Assembly: GCA_963823985.1 (NCBI GenBank)
Contig: CAWGNR010000006.1
Coordinates: 88,618-128,617 of the forward strand
DNA length: 40,000 bases
DNA from: an uncultured Chloroflexia bacterium
Lineage (GTDB): Bacteria; Chloroflexota; Anaerolineae; Anaerolineales; Villigracilaceae
Reading direction: 5' to 3'
Shown here piece by piece: positions 16,997-25,213 of the stretch. The position numbers were made by a program, and so were the translations under genes. The notes under the pieces were generated by a model. That model was not told the origin of the DNA and made no database searches. It was given only the letters and a program-made list of their open reading frames with translations. The stretch's first letter is position 1; each line of letters starts with the position of its first letter.

Positions 16997-18968
16997 GTCG
17001 CAATGGGGTTGATTCCCCATATTATACCGGCGTGCGGCTTTCCCGCGCCGGGCGACCCCCGCTGCCTTGCCCTGAATGAGGGAACACGACCTTACTCTAA
17101 GTCAGTTGCCCATATAAAGACACCAAGCCCATGCGGGAAAGGTGTTTGATCAGCCAGCGCCGGTTGTCGCCGCGCGAGATACGTTTGAACTTCATAGAAC
17201 GCAGGCGAGCCCGGATCCAATTGTCGAGAAGCGTGAATTGATCTTTGACCGAGGCAAAATGTGTAGCAAAGTAACGGGCAAACCCAATGAGAACGCGGTT
17301 GAGCTTTTGAATAGCTTCCAGGCCGAAGTTATGGTGGCGAACGGTGAGGGAGCGCACCCGTTCCTTGAATTTCTCTATGGACTTTTGGCGGACAGAAACG
17401 CGACGGCGCGAGAGATGGAACCCCAGGAAGTCGAACCCTTCGACAAAGTTGGTGATCTTTGTTTTAGTGGGGGACAAGCTGAGGCCCAAGTCCTGCCGGA
17501 TGATATTGTCCACGAAAATCAGAGCTTGTTTGGCTTGGGCGTGGCTGCGGCACAAGACCACGAAATCGTCGGCGTAGCGCACGAAGCGGTAGCCAGCTTG
17601 TGTCAATCGTTGGTCGAGGACATCCAGGACGATGTTCGCCAGCAGGGGCGAAATCACACCGCCTTGGGGAGTGCCGGAAAGCGTAGGGAGGAAAGAACGA
17701 TCTTCCATTACGCCCGCCGAGAGAAACTCGCGGAGGATGCATAGGATATTACCGTCGGCAACCCGTTCAGCCACCTGGTTCAGGATAAGGATGTGGGGTA
17801 TATTATCGAAGAAGGCTTGGATGTCAGCATCCACGACCCATTTGTAACCAGCTCTATGGGCAGTAATAACAGCTTGAACTGCCTGATGAGCATTACGACC
17901 AGGGCGGAAACCAAACGAGCGCTCAGAGAAGTGTGGCTCGAAGATGGGTTCAAGGAGCGAACGCACAACTTCTTGAGCCACGCGGTCTCTGACAGTGGGG
18001 ATGCCCAACGGGCGTAGTTTGCCTTGCCCTTTGGGGATATAGGCACGGCGGAGGGGAGCGGCGTGGTAGGACCCCTTGTGTTTGAGGTCGAACATCAGGG
18101 CGGCAAGGTTGTCGTCCAGGTTGGCTTCAAACGAGCGGATGTCTACCTTGTCGACTCCGGCTGCTCCGCGATTGCGCTTAACGGCCTGGAAGGCACGGCG
18201 CATACGAGCCATGTTGATTTGTCCGGTCAGGGAATGGGATTTACGGCGTTGGTCGGGCAACAGACTCTCCTTGCAGAGAGGATGTGTTGTGAAGTAACAG
18301 AGGTTGAACCAGCGGGGCATTCTCACTTCGAGCGGCGTCTTTTCCGGTCAGCAGGATTACCCGCCTGCCCTGGCGGGCTAGGCCAGGGAAACAAGCCAGG
18401 CGGATGAGAAATGGCATCTCCATGCTGGGAAACATACCAGAACGAGAGAGTATCAGCCTTTTCTGGAAACTCCTGTTGCCTCACGGCAGACAGGTACAGC
18501 CCTTCGTTACTCTGAATGAGCAGTAACTACTATAGCTGTGCTGACTACCCCAAACTGACCGGCCAGCAGGAGTGACCGGACAGACCGCAGCATAGGGAGG
18601 TCACTTCGCACAGCTTACATCGTCCCGATGTCCTTCGGGATAGACCTCCGTTACCCAAGCCTCTGACTGACACTGTCCAGGGCAAGGGACTGCGTGGGTT
18701 CTCAGTTGGTTAGCACACTATCCTTTTATGACCGTGAAGACACCAAGCACGCTCCAGGTAGGACGACCCTAACTGCGTGTGGGAAGTCCTGGCAATTGTC
18801 GGTTACCAATGCTTCAGCCTTAGGCGCAGCCTGGCATACCTGGACCCGCCGAAACGGCCTGCCCTGAGCTTGTCGAAGGGTGCCTCCCCAGTCACCCTGT
18901 GGCTTGCCCACTTCGCGACTACTCCTTGCGGGGTAGCCCTGGGAACTATGTGGCCAGCAGTTCCGCAC
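16997..18968 (-). mobile_element. group II intron (second, different copy)
   Basis: On the minus strand the 5' end reads GTGCGGAACTGCTGGCC. A domain V-like hairpin CCGGCGCGGGAAAGCCGCACGCCGG has a 2-nt bulge. A domain VI-like hairpin ends ...TTGCGAC. The RT ORF lies inside. Ends are approximate. Confidence 0.7.
17097..18326 (-). CDS. group II intron reverse transcriptase/maturase
   Basis: 409-aa track ORF with NRGAAGVDKVDI, RPLGIP, SFGFRP, QGGVISPLLANIVL and VRYADDFVVLCRS. The true start is probably the internal MARMRRAF at 18212. Confidence 0.9.
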   Translation of the reverse strand: MRMPRWFNLCYFTTHPLCKESLLPDQRRKSHSLTGQINMARMRRAFQAVKRNRGAAGVDKVDIRSFEANLDDNLAALMFDLKHKGSYHAAPLRRAYIPKGQGKLRPLGIPTVRDRVAQEVVRSLLEPIFEPHFSERSFGFRPGRNAHQAVQAVITAHRAGYKWVVDADIQAFFDNIPHILILNQVAERVADGNILCILREFLSAGVMEDRSFLPTLSGTPQGGVISPLLANIVLDVLDQRLTQAGYRFVRYADDFVVLCRSHAQAKQALIFVDNIIRQDLGLSLSPTKTKITNFVEGFDFLGFHLSRRRVSVRQKSIEKFKERVRSLTVRHHNFGLEAIQKLNRVLIGFARYFATHFASVKDQFTLLDNWIRARLRSMKFKRISRGDNRRWLIKHLSRMGLVSLYGQLT

Positions 18969-19029
18969 CGCCGCAGAGCAGCACGGATCAGACTTTCACT
19001 GATTGGATAATGTACCGTTCAACTCACGC

Positions 19030-19151
19030 GCCTAACGGCCCGCATTACCGGCGGCGGTGAGAACCAAACGATTTATCGGAAAAGGTTCTCGCTCAGAATC
19101 AGCCATTTTAACGGAGCCAGTACCGCCGTCCGCGTGCATGCATTGTTAGCC
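19030..19151 (-). repeat. attC-like site, subfamily B (B4), intact
   Basis: GCCTAACGGCCCGCATTACCGGCGGCGGT...ACCGCCGTCCGCGTGCATGCATTGTTAGCC. Confidence 0.8.
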
Positions 19152-19222
19152 ACCGCCAAGCCTTTAAGGGACATCGCCTATGCTTTGAGCCTCTGACAGA
19201 GCAGATGAGATGATCTCATCCT

Positions 19223-19462
19223 TCACGCCTTGCTTTCGGAGACTTCAATGAGAGTTGAAATCTCGACGCTACCTTCAAGTCTTTCCATATCTGCGCGCAG
19301 ACCTTGTCCGATATATGCCTTGATCAAAGCTTGATATCCTGTAAAGCCAAGCAGGGGCGCAATTCGCTTTAAGTCTTCTACCACATCTTCGGGAATACGC
19401 AAGCTGACCATTTTCATCGGACGATTTTTCTGCAAACGTTGGGAAAGTTTATTGATTTTCAT
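19223..19462 (-). CDS. brnA: BrnA-like antitoxin
   Basis: 79-aa ORF with VSLRIPEDVVEDLKRIA, downstream of and overlapping the BrnT-like gene. Confidence 0.7.
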   Translation of the reverse strand: MKINKLSQRLQKNRPMKMVSLRIPEDVVEDLKRIAPLLGFTGYQALIKAYIGQGLRADMERLEGSVEISTLIEVSESKA

Positions 19463-19745
19463 AAGCTTCTCTTTCTACTTTTGTTACCAATCGGGCGGAA
19501 ATAATACGGATAATGTCATCACGCAAAACATAAACCACAAACAACAATTGCCAGGTCGTGGATAGGCCAATGATCGTTTCGCGGAGTTCACCATCAATGG
19601 TTTCGTCTTCAAGGTAATAAACGAACGGGTCGAAAAATGCTTCACAAGCCAGCTCGAAGGAAACATTGTGCTTGCGGAAGTTGGCGGCGGCTTTGAGACG
19701 ATCCCATTCGAAGGCAATGTTATGAAGGGAATATCTGACATTCAT
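19449..19745 (-). CDS. brnT: BrnT-like (DUF497) ribonuclease toxin
   Basis: 98-aa ORF with FEWDRLKAAANFRKHNVSFELACEAFFDP...IIRIISAR. The toxin-first order is typical of brnTA. Confidence 0.75.
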   Translation of the reverse strand: MNVRYSLHNIAFEWDRLKAAANFRKHNVSFELACEAFFDPFVYYLEDETIDGELRETIIGLSTTWQLLFVVYVLRDDIIRIISARLVTKVEREAYENQ

Positions 19746-19807
19746 CGTTGCAAAGTATATTGCTTCGTATATCTCTTGTCAATACGTTTGGACAAAAAGA
19801 AGAAGGT

Positions 19808-19937
19808 GGCTAACGGCTCGCGTTACCGGCGGCTGGAGGGACGAGACTTGCTCACGAAACGGAACAAAATCCAAAGCCACGAAAAAGGTCATTTTAGCGG
19901 TGAGAATCCAGCCGTCCGCGTGCACGCCGTGTTAGGC
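19808..19937 (-). repeat. attC-like site, subfamily A (A8), intact
   Basis: GGCTAACGGCTCGCGTTACCGGCGGCTGG...CCAGCCGTCCGCGTGCACGCCGTGTTAGGC. The stop of ORF 19932-20330 is the TAA inside GCCTAAC (minus sense). Confidence 0.8.
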
Positions 19938-20330
19938 TGAGCCCGCCATTCTTGTTTTTTGCAGTCCAGCGATTCCCATTGTGATGCACATCATAGATAG
20001 AATCAAAACAGGCCAATGGTTATTCAGAAAAGTTACCGCTGCTTCAAGAAAAATAACCAATTGCGAAAACTTGATAAGAGCATAGGCGACCATTACCACC
20101 AAGAGCAACCCTTCAAAGGCTTTCTGGTAACTCTGCCTAAGTTGTAGCCGTTCCCATTCCTCGTAACTGTTGTTTCCAGCGGCTAGGCTGCCTAGAACCG
20201 CGACCGTCAGCATAAAAGATAGGAGTTCGAAATCTGGGATGAATAGAAATGCAATGCCGATGATCCCGACAACAAGTGTCAGAATAACCATGAAACGGTA
20301 GCTCACTCTAGCCCTACTTTTTGTGTTCAT
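19932..20330 (-). CDS. small multi-pass membrane protein, unknown function
   Basis: 132-aa ORF with four hydrophobic segments. It is a single-gene cassette. Confidence 0.6.
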   Translation of the reverse strand: MNTKSRARVSYRFMVILTLVVGIIGIAFLFIPDFELLSFMLTVAVLGSLAAGNNSYEEWERLQLRQSYQKAFEGLLLVVMVAYALIKFSQLVIFLEAAVTFLNNHWPVLILSMMCITMGIAGLQKTRMAGSA

Positions 20331-20487
20331 GACCCAGATCTTCTCCTTTCAGAGATTCGTCACTCGGCGAATCCCAATCATCTAGATCAACCATCACTCG
20401 TGCCTTTCCATGTTTTTTGCTTGACGATGATGCCCTGTTCACAAGGTACTAATCGTAACAGTTGACCAAGCCTTTGCTCAGCCCAAC

Positions 20488-22187
20488 GAGACTGTCGAAA
20501 AAGTGTTTTTTCAAGAGCAAACCCCGGCCGGGCGATGACTGGAAGCGCAGTTTCCTGGCCGGAAGGCAAGGAGACTGGGGATTTGATCCCCCATGGGGCT
20601 AGTGGAGCGCCCCAAAAGAGTGGATTTTGCCGATATTATGTACTATAGCGAATAACCTCCATTGTACATCCACCTTAGATTTGGAACGTAGCGTGAATTG
20701 ATTCATGCGTTTTTGGACGCAGATATTGGCAAAGACCGGTTCAACGATCCCCAGTCGCCTGCCATAAATGCGCTTGCCCTCATCACTATCGATCTTGGCT
20801 TTCATCGCATCGATCAGGTTGGGGGATTGCCTCTCAACTTGAATGGAAAGATTGCGGCGTACAGTATTTGCCTTCTTCAAGCAACGTGCCCTCAAAGGAC
20901 AGGCAGCGCAATCTTCAGGGCGAGCATGGTAGAGATCATAGGTGCGATGGCGGTTGACCTGGTTGCGAGCATAGCAGGTCAATTCCTTCCCTTGCGGACA
21001 ACGATACGCCTGTTTGTCTGGATCGAACGAGAAGTCAGAAACAGTGAAGAGACTCGGCTTGGCGTCTGGACGCTGCCGGCCGTGGATGCCGTCCTTGAAA
21101 CGTTCTTGCTCGGCAAAGCGTGGATCGCGTGTGCGGTATTGGATGTCGGGGATGTAAGCATCGATCTTTTCATCTTTGCAGATCTTCAAGCTGTTGAGCG
21201 AGTGATAGTTGGGATCGGCGGTCAATTGCTTGCCTTGAAAATAGGTTTCATCTTTTCCGATGGCGACGGCGTTTTTTTTTGCGCTATCCAACATGGGCTT
21301 AAGATTTTCGTGATCCTGGCTGGCGAAGGCTTCCGCAGCGAGAATGACCTGATGCTTGGAATCGACCAGCGCCTGCGCGTTGTAGCCCTGGATGACCCCA
21401 TGAGAAGAAGGCATCTTCACCGATTCGTTGTCGATCACATTGCTTTGGATCTCCTTACCTTCGCTGCCGCGCTTCGGTTCCCGATCCTTTAGAAATTCAT
21501 TGAGCCGCTCGACCTGCCGCTGGAAGCGTTGTTCGCGCTTCTTTTGACGTTCGATTTCAACTTGAGGATGTTGATCTGCCTGGGCATGTTCTTCCATCAC
21601 GCGCTGGAGTTTTTCCTGCAGCTTATCACGCTTGTGTTTGAGTTCATCGAGCGTGCCGCTCCATTCTTTGGAGACATTGGCAGAGAGTTTGACGCCATCG
21701 AGAGAAAAGTGCGTGCCGCCCAGCAAATCCAATTCATCGCAGACCGTGAGAATATCGCTGAAGATGGAAGAGATCTCTTTTTGCATGGAAGACACAAAGG
21801 CGGCAATCGTGCTGTGATCAGGAGCATACCCATAAGAGAGCGCAATGAAGAGGATGTTTTCGTGGCAGGCGCGTTCGATCTGGCGGGAACTGATCATGCC
21901 TTTGGCGTAGGCTAGCAGGATGACCTTGAGCAGGATCTTGGGATGGATGGCGGTTGCGCCGGTCTCGTCGTTGTTGTAGCGCGCATCAAAGACCGACAGG
22001 TCGATATGTTTCTCCACCAATTGGCTGATGGTGTGCTCTAGCGTACCTGGGACAAGTTGGTCCTGCAGGGAAATCGGGAGCATGACCAATTGATCTTCAT
22101 TGCATGGTTTGAATTTTGCCATAGGTTCCTCTATCTCATAGAACCCCCTAGCTTTGCACTAGATTCTCCCACTTTTTCGACAGGCTC
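20488..22187 (-). mobile_element. IS1182-family insertion sequence
   Basis: 18-bp terminal inverted repeats GAGACTGTCGAAAAAGTG (20488-20505) and CACTTTTTCGACAGGCTC (22170-22187), 17/18 matching. It is flanked by AAC/AAC and contains a single 507-aa transposase ORF. Confidence 0.8.
20599..22122 (-). CDS. IS1182-family DDE transposase
   Basis: 507-aa ORF. The N-terminus MAKFKPCNEDQLVMLPISLQDQLVPGTLEH...HPKILLKVILLAYAKGMISSRQIERACHENILFIAL matches the family pattern as I recall it. Confidence 0.8.
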   Translation of the reverse strand: MAKFKPCNEDQLVMLPISLQDQLVPGTLEHTISQLVEKHIDLSVFDARYNNDETGATAIHPKILLKVILLAYAKGMISSRQIERACHENILFIALSYGYAPDHSTIAAFVSSMQKEISSIFSDILTVCDELDLLGGTHFSLDGVKLSANVSKEWSGTLDELKHKRDKLQEKLQRVMEEHAQADQHPQVEIERQKKREQRFQRQVERLNEFLKDREPKRGSEGKEIQSNVIDNESVKMPSSHGVIQGYNAQALVDSKHQVILAAEAFASQDHENLKPMLDSAKKNAVAIGKDETYFQGKQLTADPNYHSLNSLKICKDEKIDAYIPDIQYRTRDPRFAEQERFKDGIHGRQRPDAKPSLFTVSDFSFDPDKQAYRCPQGKELTCYARNQVNRHRTYDLYHARPEDCAACPLRARCLKKANTVRRNLSIQVERQSPNLIDAMKAKIDSDEGKRIYGRRLGIVEPVFANICVQKRMNQFTLRSKSKVDVQWRLFAIVHNIGKIHSFGALH

Positions 22188-22327
22188 AACGGCTCGCATT
22201 ACCGGCGGCGGTGAGAACCAACCGATTTATCGGGAAAGGTTTTCGCTCAGAACCAGCCATTTTAACGGAGCCAGTACCGCCGTCCGCGTGCATGCATTGT
22301 TAGCTGGCGCTTTGACCGAAAAACACT

Positions 22328-22657
22328 CTATTGATCTTGAAGCGCTGTTTCCAAAACTTCTGTAACCCAACCATTAAGGCTTTTATCTTTCAACTTGGCT
22401 TGAATATAGGCTTTCCGATGTAACTCGGCAGGCAAACGGAGGACGAATTTTCCCGAAAATGGCTTTTCTGGGGACTTACCACGCTGAGCGCAGAAATCAA
22501 GATAATCATCAACTGACTCCCGAAATGCCTGTTGAACTTCTTCAACCGTTGTGCCTTCAAACGTAATGACATCGCGGACATTGATCACTTCCCCGAATAA
22601 AATGCCCGCTTCCTCATCAATTTCAACCTTACCGATATACCCTTTATATTCCATCAT
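22328..22657 (-). CDS. hicB: HicB-family antitoxin
   Basis: 109-aa ORF with YKGYIGKVEIDEEAGILFGEV and a C-terminal RHH-like LRLPAELHRKA. It overlaps hicA by 4 nt. Confidence 0.8.
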   Translation of the reverse strand: MMEYKGYIGKVEIDEEAGILFGEVINVRDVITFEGTTVEEVQQAFRESVDDYLDFCAQRGKSPEKPFSGKFVLRLPAELHRKAYIQAKLKDKSLNGWVTEVLETALQDQ

Positions 22658-22908
22658 GGCTTTACTCCTGCCGCTTCAAGAAACCTGCGAATGGACTTCA
22701 CTGCACCTTTATTGATTTCTTTACGCGGATGAGGACGATGAAACACGGCCCTCACATCTTTCAAAGCAACACGAACGCGTGAACCGCTGCCTTCTGAAAT
22801 TTCAGCGCCTAGAGCAACAAAGAGAGCTTCGACATCCCGCCAAGCAATGTTGGCTCGCTCAGGCTTTTCGAATATGGCTTGTAACGTTTTGCGGTGTTTT
22901 CGGTCCAC
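22654..22908 (-). CDS. hicA: HicA-family mRNA interferase toxin
   Basis: 84-aa ORF with RKTLQAIFEKPERANIAWRDVEALFVALGAEISEGSGSRVRV. Confidence 0.8.
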   Translation of the reverse strand: MDRKHRKTLQAIFEKPERANIAWRDVEALFVALGAEISEGSGSRVRVALKDVRAVFHRPHPRKEINKGAVKSIRRFLEAAGVKP

Positions 22909-22987
22909 GGCGAAATAATATCAGAAAATGATACTGCAATCAAGGGTTTTTATACCCCATTTTTGGAGCTGTATTTCCAAAGAAGCC

Positions 22988-23079
22988 AGCTAACGAATAA
23001 CGAATTAAGGATTGATGCGGCGGAAGGGAACAAGGGAAAGCAAGGGGTCCGGGTGCCGCCGCATCAATCCGAGTTGGAC
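22988..23079 (-). repeat. attC-like site, short variant (C1)
   Basis: AGCTAAC...GTTGGAC ends with a perfect 15-bp stem GGATTGATGCGGCGG (23009-23023) / CCGCCGCATCAATCC (23056-23070). The lower flank is complementary to the B5 upper flank. Confidence 0.65.
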
Positions 23080-23198
23080 TAAGCCGGACGAGGAAGGGGA
23101 CTTGCCTTAGATTTGGAAATTAAAGCCACATTCTCTTCCTGAGAATCATACGATATTGCTCTCCACCAATATACAGGAATATTGTACATGAAAAAATT

Positions 23199-24388
23199 CT
23201 AGCGACCAGACAGTTTTAGAAATAGGCACAAAGAGAGACGCGAATTGAAAAAGCGTTGACAAGACATCTCTCGGTAAAACGCAAACCGATCTGAAAGATA
23301 CTCAGATCGCGACGATCTTTACGGTCCACGAGATGACGCAAACCTTGATGGATAGTGCGACCGCCAGATGAAACCAGCCAGACGTACAGAAAGGCTACTG
23401 CCAGGGTCAATCTCGATAGCCGCAAAAAGCTGTGAAGCATGGAACACTCCAGATCAAAACCATGTTTTTTCATATCACCGAACATTTCTTCAATCCACAT
23501 CCGGCGTTTATAAAAGCGGAGAGCGGTTTGCAAATCAGGCAAATTGGTCGCCAGGCACCAGGGTTCTTTTTCACCAGATTTCCAATGCACCAGCAAGTTA
23601 GCCGGATAAATGTGTGTCTGTGACAATTCTCTTTTTCCAAGCCATACGCTCTGACCGGCTTTTTGGACGTAACTTCCAAAGGGCACCCACTGGTTTTCAG
23701 TCTGTGACCAGACCAACGTATCTGATTTTTGGCGTAAAACGTAGTACCAATGCCATTTGTCCAGTTGTTTTAGCACTTTGACAGCTCCAAATTCGGTATC
23801 ACCGACCAGAAAAACGGCGGCTCCACGCGGAATGAGCGTTTTTACATAAGCAAGTAACGCGATCTGTTTGCTGCCTGTGCTATGTCCGCGCACATACTTG
23901 ACCCAGGTCCAGGCGATCGGGATGGCACGTTTGCGATAGGCCAGGCTGACCATCAATAATTGATGACCAAAACCAATTTTGGTACCATCTACGATCAGAT
24001 GGATTTCTCCAAGGCTCGCCAGCTGTTCTGCAAGCCATTGAAGAGCGACCGGCTTATACCAGTCACGAACACGAATGGCTGGATTGTCGAGAAAACGCTC
24101 AAACCGTTTCACCGTACTTTGCAACTTTGCTTTCCCAGGTATTTTTCCAGCGATCCGGCTCAGGTAAACCGAACGGCTCTGGTAGATCCCGTACATGAGC
24201 AAAACAAAATTCCGGACTTGGGTAACTCTTTGCTCTGGACGCAATTCACGAATTCGCTGAATCCATGTATGATACAGTTGGTTGGTCGGCATGGTTTTCT
24301 CCTGGCAATCTGTTTTCTCGCAAAAACAACTTTACCCGGTTTTGCCTGCCGATCAACCTTTTCATTTGCTAAAGTGTCTGGTCGCTAG
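23199..24388 (-). mobile_element. IS4-family insertion sequence
   Basis: Terminal inverted repeats CTAGCGACCAGACAGTTTTAG (23199-) and CTAAAGTGTCTGGTCGCTAG (-24388). It contains a single transposase ORF. I see no clear target duplication. Confidence 0.8.
23216..24292 (-). CDS. IS4-family DDE transposase
   Basis: 358-aa ORF with LIVDGT, FLVGDTEFG and YKRRMWIEEMFGDMK (the Y-2-R-3-E-6-K signature). Confidence 0.85.
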   Translation of the reverse strand: MPTNQLYHTWIQRIRELRPEQRVTQVRNFVLLMYGIYQSRSVYLSRIAGKIPGKAKLQSTVKRFERFLDNPAIRVRDWYKPVALQWLAEQLASLGEIHLIVDGTKIGFGHQLLMVSLAYRKRAIPIAWTWVKYVRGHSTGSKQIALLAYVKTLIPRGAAVFLVGDTEFGAVKVLKQLDKWHWYYVLRQKSDTLVWSQTENQWVPFGSYVQKAGQSVWLGKRELSQTHIYPANLLVHWKSGEKEPWCLATNLPDLQTALRFYKRRMWIEEMFGDMKKHGFDLECSMLHSFLRLSRLTLAVAFLYVWLVSSGGRTIHQGLRHLVDRKDRRDLSIFQIGLRFTERCLVNAFSIRVSLCAYF

Positions 24389-25213
24389 TATAGAATAAGA
24401 GATTAATATACTTCAGCCGTTCAATGGTTTCATACATTGGATGCAAGATGATGGTGTTATCGCTTTACGACTACTGCTCACGCCTTCGCGAATAGTGTGT
24501 TTATCAAATACTGGGGAATAATGACTGAGAATGTCGTCGTCACATGATTTTGCACAATTTTAGAACTCAAAACCAGGGAATAAACGTAAATAGAACCGAA
24601 AACAGGATAATCTCAGCAGTATCAAAGTTTTCAACACATCTTTCATTCAAAATATTGTGCATTGTATAGGTAAAAATGTTTTCCCAAGGCTGGGTGAACT
24701 AGCCATACTGATAGCGCTGACACCAGTGATATGCCCGCGCCGATAAGTTGAGCTGCATCATCGACACCGCCATGAGACAGGATACTGGCGTGGATCGAGT
24801 AACGCCTCGCCGGCTCTTGGACACAGACCGTCAGTATGTTATGGACAAAAAACCATACACTCATTTATAAAAAAATGGTTGCAATGCATTTTATAGTAAC
24901 AAAAGATTGTTTTAATCCCCCGAATTTTGTATCTTTAACTCCTTTTACCCTTGGATCCTCTTTAAACGAGTGCAAAACTAACTCTTTGTCAAATAAAGGC
25001 TGGGGCAATTATGTGATGACTTTTGTAAAGGTGTTCACGTTATTTCTTTATCGAGTTTATCGATACTGCTTACTCTGATTTTAATATAGACTTTCAAGTT
25101 TATCCTATTGCTTTTGAAAGAACTAGAAGAAATTGTTCGATTGTGTACATCCCTGCCCCCAAATATTCATAGCGGCCATTTTTCTCTAATCACCCCATAC
25201 TTTGGCCTAGCGA

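Larger units (their letters stand above)
20481..22305 (-). repeat. attC-like site, subfamily B (B5), split at its outer core by an IS1182-family element
   Basis: GCCCAAC at 20481-20487 plus AACGGCTCGCATTACCGGCGGCGGT...GCATGCATTGTTAGCT at 22188-22305. AAC is present on both sides of the IS. Confidence 0.7.

Noticed and set aside
20387-20569. 60-aa ORF.
   Set aside because: It spans the IS1182 terminal inverted repeat and the attC core, and has no coding features.
378-23079. The regularly recurring repeat might be a CRISPR array.
   Set aside because: The repeats are 92-130 bp, are themselves imperfect palindromes and fall into divergent subfamilies. The 'spacers' are 0.3-2.7 kb and contain genes. 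No cas genes are present.
378-23079. The repeat might be a REP/BIME-type intergenic element, a MITE, or simply a family of terminators.
   Set aside because: The complementarity of flanks offset by one site, the RYYYAAC/GTTRRRY cores, stop codons inside the core and strictly uniform orientation fit attC cassettes better. I cannot exclude the alternative without genome-wide distribution data, so it is listed as the refutation test.
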